Source: Welwitschia mirabilis (taxonomy: Eukaryota). Taken from it: a DNA stretch of 57,469 nt. The position numbers and the translations under genes are program-made. The notes under the pieces were generated by a model, which saw only the letters and a program-made list of their open reading frames with translations, searched no databases and had not been told where the DNA came from. The stretch covers positions 44,178,731 to 44,236,199 of the forward strand of contig JBOZIK010000001.1 of assembly GCA_051453625.1 (NCBI GenBank), given 5' to 3'. Shown piece by piece: positions 1-13,335 of this stretch (its first letter is position 1; each line of letters starts with the position of its first letter).

Positions 1-1288
1 TTAGATATTTATTTGTGATAGCATTGTATTTTTATTATAAATATTGTAGTTTTTCCTTTCATATTTTTTCACATTTTTATTTTTTGACCCTTTTTTAAAA
101 ATTTTATCATCTTGTCGGTTATCTTGATGACATTATCAAATGACATTCTAGAATAGAGTTGTTTGTAAGTTTGTTTTTAATTTTCTACCACATAATACGT
201 TGATATTATCTCTTCTTTTATCTAAATGGCATAGGAAGATGGCTTATAATGTATTTNNNNNNNNNNNNNNNNNNNNNNNNNNNNNNNNNNNNNNNNNNNN
301 NNNNNNNNNNNNNNNNNNNNNNNNNNNNNNNNNNNNNNNNNNNNNNNNNNNNNNNNNNNNNNNNNNNNNNNNNNNNNNNNNNNNNNNNNNNNNNNNNNNN
401 NNNNNNNNNNNNNNNNNNNNNNNNNNNNNNNNNNNNNNNNNNNNNNNNNNNNNNNNNNNNNNNNNNNNNNNNNNNNNNNNNNNNNNNNNNNNNNNNNNNN
501 NNNNNNNNNNNNNNNNNNNNNNNNNNNNNNNNNNNNNNNNNNNNNNNNNNNNNNNNNNNNNNNNNNNNNNNNNNNNNNNNNNNNNNNNNNNNNNNNNNNN
601 NNNNNNNNNNNNNNNNNNNNNNNNNNNNNNNNNNNNNNNNNNNNNNNNNNNNNNNNNNNNNNNNNNNNNNNNNNNNNNNNNNNNNNNNNNNNNNNNNNNN
701 NNNNNNNNNNNNNNNNNNNNNNNNNNNNNNNNNNNNNNNNNNNNNNNNNNNNNNNNNNNNNNNNNNNNNNNNNNNNNNNNNNNNNNNNNNNNNNNNNNNN
801 NNNNNNNNNNNNNNNNNNNNNNNNNNNNNNNNNNNNNNNNNNNNNNNNNNNNNNNNNNNNNNNNNNNNNNNNNNNNNNNNNNNNNNNNNNNNNNNNNNNN
901 NNNNNNNNNNNNNNNNNNNNNNNNNNNNNNNNNNNNNNNNNNNNNNNNNNNNNNNNNNNNNNNNNNNNNNNNNNNNNNNNNNNNNNNNNNNNNNNNNNNN
1001 NNNNNNNNNNNNNNNNNNNNNNNNNNNNNNNNNNNNNNNNNNNNNNNNNNNNNNNNNNNNNNNNNNNNNNNNNNNNNNNNNNNNNNNNNNNNNNNNNNNN
1101 NNNNNNNNNNNNNNNNNNAAATATGTATGTACGTCCTAGGTATGTAATTTCCAAGATTTGAAGAAGTTTTTTTAACTTTTATGATTTTCATATAAAATAT
1201 TTTAAATAGAAGTAGTGAAAATATTAGAATAGGATAAAAATCATTTTATTCATTTTCTTATCCATAAGTAGTATCGCTTAATACAAAT

Positions 1289-3600
1289 ATGATAGAATTC
1301 TCTATTTTAAATGCAAACAAGATAATTTATAGATCAAGACATAAAAGAGAAAAATATTATAATTTATCTCCTAATGATAATCTAAAACTCAAAACCATGA
1401 ATTATTCTTATTCATCCTTTCCATTCACTATTAGGAATAATGATAAAAGACCACTACAAGAAATATTGGCTGAAAAGAGAGTTGAAAAAAGAAGGAAAAA
1501 AATATAAATTCTAAGAATAAGGAAAATAAAACACTTATAAAAATATTTTAAGAATGTTCTTCTAGAACTTCAAATGATGTTGAAACTAGAAATCCTTCCT
1601 CTTTTTAAAATTCTTATTTTTCCTCTCCTTCTTTTCAAACTTCAAATGAAAATGAAGATGATGATTTATAACATTTTAGGGACTCCACCTCATTTAGTAA
1701 AACATCCTATAATCATTTTAGTGAATTCCAACAATCTCTCATAAGTCATTATGAAGAACAATCCTCTCCCATCCAATATCATAAAGAACAAGATCCATGT
1801 ACCACAAATTACTATGAAGAAAAGAACAACCCACTAACAAAAATGCTTAACAAAATGAAAATGAGGCAAGAAAACATCAATAAAAACTTAGAAAATTTAA
1901 TTAAAATGCTTTAACAAAATTTACTACAATATATAAGTTCTTGCTTCAACATAGAAAATGAAAGTATGGATCAACCTACAACATCAAACTTATTAGGAGA
2001 TGGATAATAAAAGAAAAATAGTAATGATTCAACTTCATATTTGATAACAAGGATGAAGATGATTATTTATTAGATGATGACGTTAAAACATTAGATCATA
2101 TCTCTAGTTTTCAATTACTTTATGATGAGGATGAATGAGTTCAACATCTAATAGAAGTTCAACATATGAGATTAAATGACAATTAAAATAATGAAAGAAA
2201 ATCAATGGCGAAGTTACATTATGAGCGGAGTTGTCTAATCCCATCATTTGGATGAAATTTCCAGATGGCACTTACTAATAGCAACTCAATAACATAAAAT
2301 GAGGATTACAGTTTAGGATTAATAGAATTATTGAACAAAGAGGAAGAAGAATTATCTCGGGAAATATTAGAAAATTTTCCATCATAAAATGAGAACTTTT
2401 CTTTCTATGATCTTTTTAATGATATTTTTGATGAATCCACCTAATTAGAAAATGAAAATAATCCTTAACAAAACAATAATGAGTTTAATGAAGATGAGGA
2501 AGATATTACGAAAGAACATAAAAAGAGCATTCAACCAAGTAATAATGAAGTCCACAATGAGGAGGAGAGGAATAAAGAAGAATCAATTGAAAATCAAATA
2601 AACTTAATGGAGAATGAACTTATACCTTCTAATGAAATAAGCCAATTTAAAGTGTTTACTCATGTTTCTCCATCACTTTCACTTGTACTTCCATGTTAAC
2701 TTCCAATGATATCCCTCCTTCTACTCCTACTTTCACATTATTTTATGATCTTGATAATGATAAACTTTCTTATTCTTTCTCATTTGAACATTCAAGTAAT
2801 TCTCCAAATCACATCCCTCTCATTGAATTTAATAAAATACATCATCTTGAGAAGTCTACTCCAAAAATCTCTCAACCTTTTCCTTTTAAAACTTCATGTG
2901 CTATAAAAAGTAACATCTTTTTCCTTTTTACAAAGTAAACTCTACCTTGTGCTTTTAATGATTACTCTTTTTCAAAACAAGACTTGGGATATCTTGGAAC
3001 TCTAAATTCGGGTAAACCTTATCTTCTTGATCTAAATTCATTCTTAAAATTAAACATTAAAAAGCTTCTTAAGTATGTCAAACCTATCTTAATCACTCAC
3101 TATAAGAAGTTTCTTTAAAAATCTTATATTTCAAATAATACTTTTAATGTCTTTCATGTTTAATATTAGGCTTTAAATGTAATTTATGTTTCAAATCCTT
3201 TATATCATAAGTTTGATAAGAGATTGTTTTTTCATGATTTGTCTACATTTTTTATCTCTTATATTTATGCTACATCTTATAGAGACAAAATATGATGCGG
3301 TTATGCTAATCGAAAAAATCCTTATTTTCTTATTGAAAATTCATGTTTCGAGTTGAATGATAAGAAGATTTTTAATTGACATTCTAAAGAGCCCTTAAAA
3401 TCTTCTTAAATGGTTTCTTTGAATACTTTCTTACATGCATTATATGATGACATGCATGATTTACATTATTTCAATAAGAGATTACACTTCAATGAGATTT
3501 ATCACTTCTTTATCTCTTATTTAAAATGTGAAAATTGTGCTATTAAAGTTTTATCCTTTTATTGTTTTTACCTCTAATTGATTTTACTAAAAAATAGTTG
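1289..3600 (+). pseudogene. Decayed ORF of unknown function, probably the gag-derived ORF of a non-autonomous Athila-like element or a 5' accessory ORF
   Basis: Codon-like structure broken by stops and frameshifts: coiled-coil-like LTKMLNKMKMRQENINKNLENLIKML (~1835-1910), an E/N/D-rich middle, an S/P/F/H-rich part (ORF 2693-2938), and KFDKRL near 3210. No catalytic motif recognised. Bounded by N gaps. Confidence 0.4.
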
Positions 3601-4351
3601 TATACCTTTTATATTTTGTCAACTGATAAATATTTGGTTTGATTCTTACTTTTCCAAGAGAATACAATATCATAGGATCATAATCTTAAGAANNNNNNNN
3701 NNNNNNNNNNNNNNNNNNNNNNNNNNNNNNNNNNNNNNNNNNNNNNNNNNNNNNNNNNNNNNNNNNNNNNNNNNNNNNNNNNNNNNNNNNNNGTTTATCC
3801 AATTAAGCACCTTAAAAGCCCCTGAACATTTAAGCCATTGATTTATAAACACTTAAAAACATTTAAATGTGGACTTTTAAGGTGTTATTTAGAAAATGCC
3901 TTAAAATATTATATCTTTTTTCTCTCTAAGGCATTCATTGGAATGAACACCTTAAAAGGCTTTATAGTTATAGCATTTATTTAAATAAATGCCTCAAAAA
4001 CCTCTATTTCTTATACTGTTTCTTTTTTCTTTTTCCTTTTTTTTTGTATTTTCTATATTTATGTCATCTATGCTATCATCTAGATGACTATAATGATAAC
4101 ACTCTATGCATTTGAAACTGAACATATATGGTAAAATCTAGTAAGGAAACAAAAACTAAAGAGAGTGGTTGTTTATTGAGGAAAATATTCGAGAAAATTT
4201 GATTGACTTAGAAGCTAACTTAAGTAAGCATAGCAAAGGTACATGAAATTTAGAAATTCCAGTAATATCTACTTTCATTTCTTCGAATTCTAATTTTGCT
4301 AAAGAAACTTTTTCAGAAGATTGTATTAATGAAAGTTTTTCATTTTCAACC

Positions 4352-7300
4352 ATGTCTACCTCATTGTAAAACAAAAGCAACTTGTCTTACAAAATCTATT
4401 TCTTATCATTGAAACCCCTATAATTGCACTTGTTCAAACCAATGCCAATGTTACCCTTAGAGATCTGATGGCTAATAAGAAACAAGAAATCCAAGCCCCC
4501 TTTTGACTTACATTATAGTGATGATGTTAAGTTTAGAAACTTAAATGCATATTCCATTTTTAGTGGTGAACCTGATGAAGATCCCTTGCAATACATTATC
4601 AATATAGAACAATTAGTCCTCACTTCTGAAAATGGTAAAAAAAACAAATAAGTAATAAAACTTACATAATCATCTTTCCCATTACTTTAAAAGGATAAAC
4701 TATGGTTAAGAATAATTCCTTACAAAAGCCTAAAATAATGGAGTCAAGTTTAGGAAGCCTTCATAAAAATATTTATAAATCAAACCACTATTCTAAAATG
4801 TAAGAAAGAAGTAACCAACTTCCAAGAAATGCCTAAAAAAGATTATGTTTTTACTTATGAGAGATTTTTCATTACTTTACATTCAAACCCTGTAGATGCT
4901 TTTTAATAGGAAAAACTAATAGACTACTTTTATAATGGATTAGATAATTAAACAAAGTAATTAGTTGATTTTATGTATAGAGGTAATTTATTGAACTTAA
5001 CTTTAAAAAATGCTTGAAAAGTGTTGGAATAGTTGATAAAAGTGAGTCAAACTTGGCTTAAACCTTCATTTAGAAAAACCAAACTATAGGCCAAATCATT
5101 AAAGATCTTAAAGGGGTAAAAAATAAAAATTAAGAAGTAATAACTGAAAATGAACCAATAAATGTTATAAAAAATTTCACCTCAATCTTAAAAAAGTACA
5201 CTCGAATGATTCTAGATGCAAAGGTAGCAACTGAAAAAAGTGTAGTTATAGCTCCTACTTGTGATTTTGCAAGGATAGTTATCATATTACCAAAGAATGT
5301 CTTTTAATTTCAACTTACAAAAAAGGAATCTATGAAGAAATGTGTACTTTTAACTAAAGGTCCTTAAACTACAACCAAAACCAAAAGCAAAGACAAGTCC
5401 AAAATCATAGAAACTTTCAACTTAGAATGAGTGAACAACATAAGTTTTAAAATTTTCAAACAAACCATCCTAACTTCCAACCATTTAAGACAATATTTAA
5501 GAACATGAACTTTCAATCTAATTATTCAAATAATCAAGTAAGTTCATCCAACTCCCAAAACCAAAATGATCCTCTTAAGAATTCCATTTAAGAGTTGAGA
5601 AAAACATAATAAAGAATAAACTAAAACATTAAAAACCTTGTGAGCATTTTATAATAAACTATATTTGCTAATCAAATACCATAAAGATCTCTTACCACTC
5701 AACCTTTACCAAATCTAAATGAAGTAAAAAAAATATTATAAGATGATGACAAGAAGTGAAAACAATACAACTCCTTCCATCCATTAGGCTTTTACATCAT
5801 AAAGTGATAAAAATGATGTAGACAAGGATATAAAAATCTTAGAAAATCATTCTTTCCCTTTTAGATTAAGTAACCAAAAATAAAAAAATTCTTCACATAA
5901 GAAACCAGCTACTCCATGTCTTGATAGATTAAACATAAATTCTATTTTTGATGATTATCTAAAAGTCCTAACATAAAATGTGAGTATCAACTTATTATTT
6001 TAAAAACTTTTATAAGATAACCCAAAGTATTTTAAGTTGTGGAAAGACCTAATTAGGAGAAATAAAAAGTAAACCATCTCCAGCAAAGTCTTCCGAGCTC
6101 AATTTGTTAATAACTTAGTTTGTCAAAAATGTCTAAAGTTTAAGCATCTAGGGGCAGCAATTATGAATGTCACTTTAGAAGGAAACCAAATGATTAAGAA
6201 AACCTTCATTAATATTGGAGATAGTATCAACATTATACACTTGCATATTTTTCAAAGACTTGGATTGAAATATAGAGTAGAGCCTACAAAGATTATTTTA
6301 GAATTAGCTGATACATCTATGAAGAAACTATTAGGTGTAAATAAGGATTTGGTCATTTAGATAGAAGAATATTTTTACCCTCTTGATGTTGTTTTTATAG
6401 AAGTTGAGCATGATGATGGTTACCCTTTACTTTTAGGTAGAGCTTTTCGTGTAATAGTCCACTATATTATAAATACAAGAACAGGTTTAATGGAGTATCA
6501 TTTTGGAAATAAATAGTTTTCAATAAGAGTTTTTAATTGTGGCAGAAAAAGATATAGGAAATGATTTAAGTGTAAGGGAAGAAAAAAAGACAACCTTATT
6601 TTTATAGTACCATTTACTTAAGGAAAGATGATCCATGCTTCATGAACTAACATTGTTTGATGATCAATTGTAAGTAGATAACTTGCATGTTTTTAAAGAT
6701 TAACATGATTTTAACCATCTAGAAACTAATTTTTTTGATCTAAGGAGTAGTGAGATTGAGTCTGTCAACTATGCAGAAGTCTAAGATTTTAGCAGAACTA
6801 GGATTTCCTACTTTGAGGATGATCATACACTATTGATGTCTAAACAATAAGCTGAGATGACAGTTTAGGACGATAGTCAGTTTTCCTGAGAATTTTATAA
6901 AAACTTGAAATCTAAACTTAAAGCTAAATTTAAAATCTTTAGATAGTGGACTAAAATACATTTTTCTGAATAGTGATCTAAATAAACCTTTAACTATTAA
7001 TAAAAATATTATTCCTTAATAAGAATTAAGTCTAGTCTTTCTTCTACAATATAAGGTAAATGTGTTTGCTTAGTTTTATAATGATTTGATAGCCATTCCT
7101 ACCTTAATTATCTAACATAAAATATACCTTAAAGAAAATGCAAAACTTGTTAGATAACCCTAACATAGACTTAATCCAACCCTTAAACAAGTTCTTAAAG
7201 ATGAAATCATAAAATTAATAAATGCTAAAATAATCTATTTGATAGTTGATAGTGAGTGGATTAGCCCATTGATGGTAGTTTCTAAGAAAGATGGAAAATG

Positions 7301-9633
7301 AAGGATATGCATAGAATTTAAAAAACTAAATGAAGTAACTTAAAAAGACTATGGTCCTTTGCCTTTTCTTAATCAGATACTTGATAGAATTCAGGAACAT
7401 TCCTTTTAATATTATCTTAATAGTTATAGTGGTTACAACTGGATTCGCATTGTTAGTAAGAACTAAGCCAAAACTACTTTTACTTTTTCTTTTAGTACTT
7501 TTATATTTCAACTCATATTTTCAGAATTTGTAATGCTCTTAGTACTTTTTAGTGTGCTATGATGGAAATTTTTTTGATATACTGAAGGATTCTATTGAAA
7601 TTTTTATGGATGACTTTTTTATTTATGCTAAAATACATGAACAAATTTTAGAATTATTAAAGAAAGTCCTTGATCATTGCATTTCAAGTGGCCTAAATTT
7701 AAGTTGGAAAAAGAGTTTATTTCTTATTAAAATAAAAATTATTTTAGGTCATCATACCTCAAAAGAGGGGATTACGATGGATACTTCAAAATTTGATATT
7801 ATTCAAAACCTAAATCCTTCTATAAATGTTAAATAAGTTAGATCATTTTCTTAGTCATTGTGACTTTTATTATTGGTTTATTCATTATTATGCAAATATT
7901 TATAAACCCCTTCATTCATTACTAGAGAAAGAGGCCAAATTTGAATGGATTAAATCTTGTTAGCTTTCTTTTTATAGGATTAAAGGTAAACTTTTTTATA
8001 TTCCTTAGTAACGAGACCTAATTAGAAAAAATACTTTGAATTAATGTGTGATGTGAGTAATTTTGCTATGGATGGGTTACTTTATCAAAAATATAAAAAT
8101 GATTTTAAAGTTATATCTTATCATAGAAAATCTTTGTCTAGAGCTCAAACGAATTATATTACTATAGAGAAAGAAATATTAGCTATTATATTTTACCTTG
8201 ATTCTCTTAGACATTATCTTTTAGGCTTTTGTACAAATGTTTATACCAACTGTACTACTACTTATTACCTCATGACTAAGAAAGATTCTATTGCTCATTT
8301 GATTAGACGGATACTCCTTATGCAAGAGTTTAATTTGACAATCATAAATAAAATAGGGAAGCATAATTCTATTGCTAATTATTTATCTTGCCTTTATTAT
8401 CCTCTTAATGATTCTATAGGTGTAAAAACTAAATTATGAGAAAATGTATGCCTAATTGAAAAATACCTGAAATACTTCATCTTTATCATAGTGGTATTTG
8501 TGAAGGACACTTTAGTGGATGCAAAACAACTATGAAAATTCTCCATTCTAGTTTCTATTGGCTTGCTCTTTTTTGAGATTCCTTTTATTTTACTATAAGA
8601 TGTGGTTCTTGTTAGTATTATGGTAGCCTTATTTATTCACAAAAAATTTGCCTTAGACCTATTCTTGATTGTGAACTTTTTGATTATTATGGTATTAATT
8701 TTATAGGCTCTATTCATCCACCTTCTTCTGATAAGCATTACATTTTAGTGGCTGTAGATTATGTAACTAAATAGGTTAAATTCATACCTACTTCTTTGAA
8801 TGATTCTTAAACTATTTATTGTTTTTTTAGAACTTATTTTTTTAGAGATTTGGTTTTTTTAGAATTGTTATTAGTAATTAAGATACTTATTTTATAAATC
8901 AGATTTTTATAAAACTTCTTTTGTTTAGTGGAATAGAATGTAGAGTAGCTTGCACTTATCATCCTTAGACTAATGGATAGGCTGAAAATGCCAATAAATA
9001 AAGCAAGAAAATATTATAAAAACTTATCTCTATTAATAAGAAATCTTGGACTTCTAAGCTTAATGATGTACTTTGGGCTTATCATACTACTTGATGTACT
9101 TCTCTTGATTTTCTACTTTATGAACTTATGTACGGTAAAGTTTTTGTATTACCTATTGATGTGTGCTATAATTCTTATCGTGTTTCCCATCAAATTAATC
9201 TTATGGACCTTTATGAAAATCTTAAACATAGATTATCCCAATTAAATCATCTTAATTAAAAATAAACTAATGCCATACATCGTCAATTAATCCATAAATC
9301 CCAAGCTAAGTTTAAACATGATAAAAAAAATATTTCATAAAAAGTTTAAACTAGGTTAACTTATTTTTTTATATAATACTAAAGTACATGTTTTGAATAA
9401 CAAGTTGACCTCTAAATGGTTAGGTCCTTCCCTTGTAGAGAGAGTGCATTTGAATGGCTCAGTTAAGATTTTAAACTTATAGACTAGAGAGGATTCAGAA
9501 GGTTAATGGACAATGGTTGAAACTATATGAAGGACCTTTTGATGCAACTATGAACATGGTAGAAGCACTTATTTTAGAGGTTTCCCTCTGTGAGGAGGAC
9601 TTCCTTCCTATTATTATTTGAGTTCTTTATTAG
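4352..9633 (+). pseudogene. G1 gag-pol pseudogene
   Basis: ATG at 4352; gag FSGEPDEDPLQY (~4560); protease INIGDSINI (~6210, degenerate DLGxSIN); RT EIFMDDF (~7600); RNase H FELMCDVSNFAM...NYITIEKEILAI...LLMQEFNL (8035-8340); integrase H/C zinc finger (~8490-8610), TYHP*TNG*AE (~8955-8990) and SKWLGP (~9410). Many stops. Confidence 0.92.
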
Positions 9634-11648
9634 CTTATTTTTTTAGTAGATGTTATGATGTTATCTAATCATATTTTAAACTTAACTTATGTGTTAATCT
9701 ATGAAGTTTAATAACTAGTATTCATACTTAGGCATTTTACATTGTTAAGATTAGATTCACTCAATCTTGAGACATTCCCATGTTTATGGACTTCACTTGA
9801 AGGAAGATGCCTTAGTTATTGTGTTTTATTTTTAATGGTTTTAAGGTATTTGATTTTTGAAGGTGTTATTTTTTCTCTTATCTTACTTATTAATTTTTGT
9901 TTTTTTTTGAGTGCGTGATCATGTGGAAAATTTTATTTACAAAAAAATTAAAAGAAAAAAAGAAATAATGATCATGTTTTATTATATTTTATACTTAAAA
10001 GAAAAACACATGGTCACCATGATGTTCTACCACATTGGGGTAAATTTTTTCAAAAAGAACCTTTGGTAGTATTGGTAGCTGGAGGAAATCCACTGGGGAG
10101 TTAGTTGGCCATGATTTATGAGTCCTTACTCCTTTGATTGTGGTTTTACTACCCTCATCATGGGAAACTTTATAATAAACTTTGAGGCTATAGGTTCACT
10201 GGTGTTCCTAGTATTATGAGAAGCATTGCTTATTTACTAGATAATTAATATTTCCACTTAGCCATTTTACTTTTAAGGATTTAGTGTGTTTATAGGATAA
10301 AGTAGGTGAATTCATTTATAAATAGCTTTTGATCTTGACATTCATTATTCTAAGCACTTGAGTTTTGGTATTACCATAATCATTACCGATTTATAAATTT
10401 TGTCATGTATATTTACTCAAGTGGATTTATGATATCTTCCTTGAGAGTTTGCTAGGTTAATATTTAGGATAGGTAAGCAATATTTTACTTATTCCTTGTG
10501 TCTATTTTCATTCTATCCTTCCTTTTTTTTTGAGTTTATTATTTCAAAGTCATTTCTACATTTTCTCATTCTTTCATACGACTTTATCATTTAGTAATTT
10601 CCTTATTCTTCTTATATCATTAATAGGTTTCAGCCTAGATAGTCTATTTTCTTCAGTTATAATTTTTCTTTTCTTATAAGTGTTTCTTTTTTCTCTTAAT
10701 TTTCATGGTTTTTCTTTCTCATTTTCTGTTTTTCTAGGTTTTTTTGATAAAATATGATACCTAAATGATCATATTCGAGCCTAAGTTCGTTGGCTGGAAT
10801 CTTTATTTTTGAAAGACGTTTTATTGCCCTATCATCTACCTAGTCATCTAGATGACACTGGGAGAATAACAATCTAAATTTTTCTAAGAGTCATCCTAGG
10901 GCTGTCATCCGGACAACGTGACTGGACGACACTGTGATATAACCATGACCCAAATACTTTTTCCTTAGGTTTTCTTTTCTTTTTTAATTATTTTCACTCA
11001 TTCCTTCAAGAGACAATTATTCCTTTTGGATTATACTAGTGTCTTAGATCTTGTCCCACCTGATTTTGTGTCCAGATTTTTGAGATTTCATCAAATTTAC
11101 AAAAATGAGTTATTTTTATCTCTCCTCTTGTTTTTCAATTTTTTTCTCGTTTTTTGGTTTTTTGATGTGTATTTTTCATGTATATCGATCATTTTTTCGT
11201 ACTTTTCGATTTGGGACTTACAGATTTGAATTTCACTCCATATTTTTTGAGCTATAAATAATTGTACATTTTATGAGGTATTTTTAATTTTTCACCTTTT
11301 ACACTCATTTTCTTGCCAATCGTAGGTTGAAACATAGTGGCTCTTTAGGCAAGATTGATCAATTTGATGTGTTGTACGATTTTACTATATTAGATTTTCC
11401 ATTTGATCACCTCAAATTTTTACTATATGTGGGGCTCATTGAAAATACAGCTTTTAAAATTTTCATGTAATTCATATTTTTCTTCTTACATTTAGGCAAT
11501 TTGGAATGCATTATAACTTTTAGGAAAGTAGGATATATTTTTAGCATTTTTCATATTTTTAATCAATTTTTGGGGTCGTTATTACACATCCATGCGACAT
11601 TTTTGACATGTTTTTCCATTTTTGCATGATGTTGTTTGTGTATTTCCA

Positions 11649-12790
11649 ATGGAGTAGGCCCTATACATGTAGAGTTAGATAGGTTAAGGCTGAGGCCAAA
11701 GCCATAAAACAAGAGGTAGACCTCATAGTATCATTAAAGATAAAGCGTTTGGAGCTAGCACATCCACGACCTCAACAATGGACATTCATTCACCATTCAG
11801 ACCACTAACATCTATGTCAAGAGAGAGTTTGGAGACTTTATGAGCTATATTGAGCCAAAGGTAGATTAAATACTTATAGATCTTCAACTTAGGTGGATCA
11901 CAAATGCACATAAGTCCTATTATGTTTCACAGATGAGGGAACTTTATGATACCATGTACAATGAGAGACAACTAGATGCTCATGATTAGTTACAGGATAT
12001 GATAGTTGCATAAATATAAGACCATGAGATAGCAATTCTCCCATCCCATATTGTAGCAATTACAGATCTTGATAGGCTTGTGAGTATGCATATCCACTTA
12101 GTAAGTGAGACTGAGGAGTGCTGGGCATATGATGTCATATTGGATATACTAGTGGATATTACTATGGATAGATGGGGGGTTCTTATCACTCAGTTGAATC
12201 TTGCTTATAGAGTTTTGCATAGAGGGTGATCCATAACATCAGCCCATCCTTTCATGATAGTTACATAATGGTAGCACATTTGTAGATTCTAGCAGCATTT
12301 AGATAAAGAGAGCAGATGAATCTTCCCACGTTTATTTGGTGGAGACTCAGATATATGGTCAAGACACATTAGCTACAGAATCTTAGTTACCCATGCCTCC
12401 TCTTAGCATTTTTCAAATTGTTTGGGATACCTGAGCTTATGGGTAAGTAATGCCTATCTCACATTGAGACTTCAGCTTACAATCTATAGAACATGGGCAT
12501 ACAGACACTTGACTAGAGGATCCAGATACTTAATCAAAAGACATAAACATTAGAGCAGAGGATTCTATCTGTTGAGAGGAGAGTTGAGAGCTCTAAGGAT
12601 TAGATTATTAACATGCATTAGCATGTTATTTATATCTATCAGAGTATAACAATTGACTTACCTCAGGTTATATGTGTCCAAGGTAATGAGATGATCAGAT
12701 CTATTTCTACATCTTTGGACCTATATTTTCTACTGATCCAAAGCATCCTCCTTCTTCTTCCCCTGAATCTATGCTAGCTATCGAGCTTGA
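11649..12790 (+). pseudogene. G1 env-like / accessory ORF pseudogene
   Basis: Lies between pol and the PPT. Starts ATG GAG TAG GCC; relics include MREL YDTM (~11935), LNLAYRVLHRG (~12195) and MNLPTFIWWRLRYM...LSYPCLLLAFFKLFGI (12316-12430). Position and pattern match the Athila extra ORF. Confidence 0.7.
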
Positions 12791-13322
12791 ATTTATCATG
12801 CATTGATAAGGGAAGCGATTTTATTTTATTTTGTATCTCCTCTTTTACGTATTTTTGTCCTAAATCTCTTTGATTTTATATGTACATATCGTTTTTGTTT
12901 AGCATGGTGTACTGATTTTATATGATTTTTATAACTATATTTAATTTTTACATGTTATGATTAATTTTACTTGCGTAATATTTTATTTATTATTATTTGA
13001 TTCAATGGAGGGCTTTCTTTTATGCATTTATTGATTAACTATATAAATAAAAATTCTATCATAGATTTCTATTTTAAAGACTTTTTTTTGAGTCTATCAT
13101 CCCCTCCATCATTCAGATGACATACTAGATAACTGATTGGATAATCTTCAAGCAGGTGAATGTTTAGTTTTTCTAATTTCTCATGATCTAGTCTATATCT
13201 CTGAGATTTTTGAATTTTTTTTTTGAAATGATTTCCTTAAGTACCTTAGTTATTTTTATTATTTAATAAGTTAACTCGCAAACATGGCTTACTGCCTAGT
13301 TTTATTAGGGAATAATAAGATT

Positions 13323-13332
13323 AAGTGAGGGG
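13323..13332 (+). other. G1 polypurine tract
   Basis: AAGTGAGGGG three bases before the LTR-start TG at 13336. Confidence 0.75.
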
Positions 13333-13335
13333 CTA

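Noticed and set aside
200..1191. Long ORFs in the track that span N runs (also 26748-27545, 34308-34818, 47842-49035, 55093-56656)
   Set aside because: Their length comes from X residues; they are not evidence of genes.
7326..9245. Hydrophobic small ORFs (7326-7533, 8973-9245, 11026-11229, 17252-17506, 49441-49755)
   Set aside because: Off-frame or antisense readings of AT-rich retroelement sequence, not membrane proteins.
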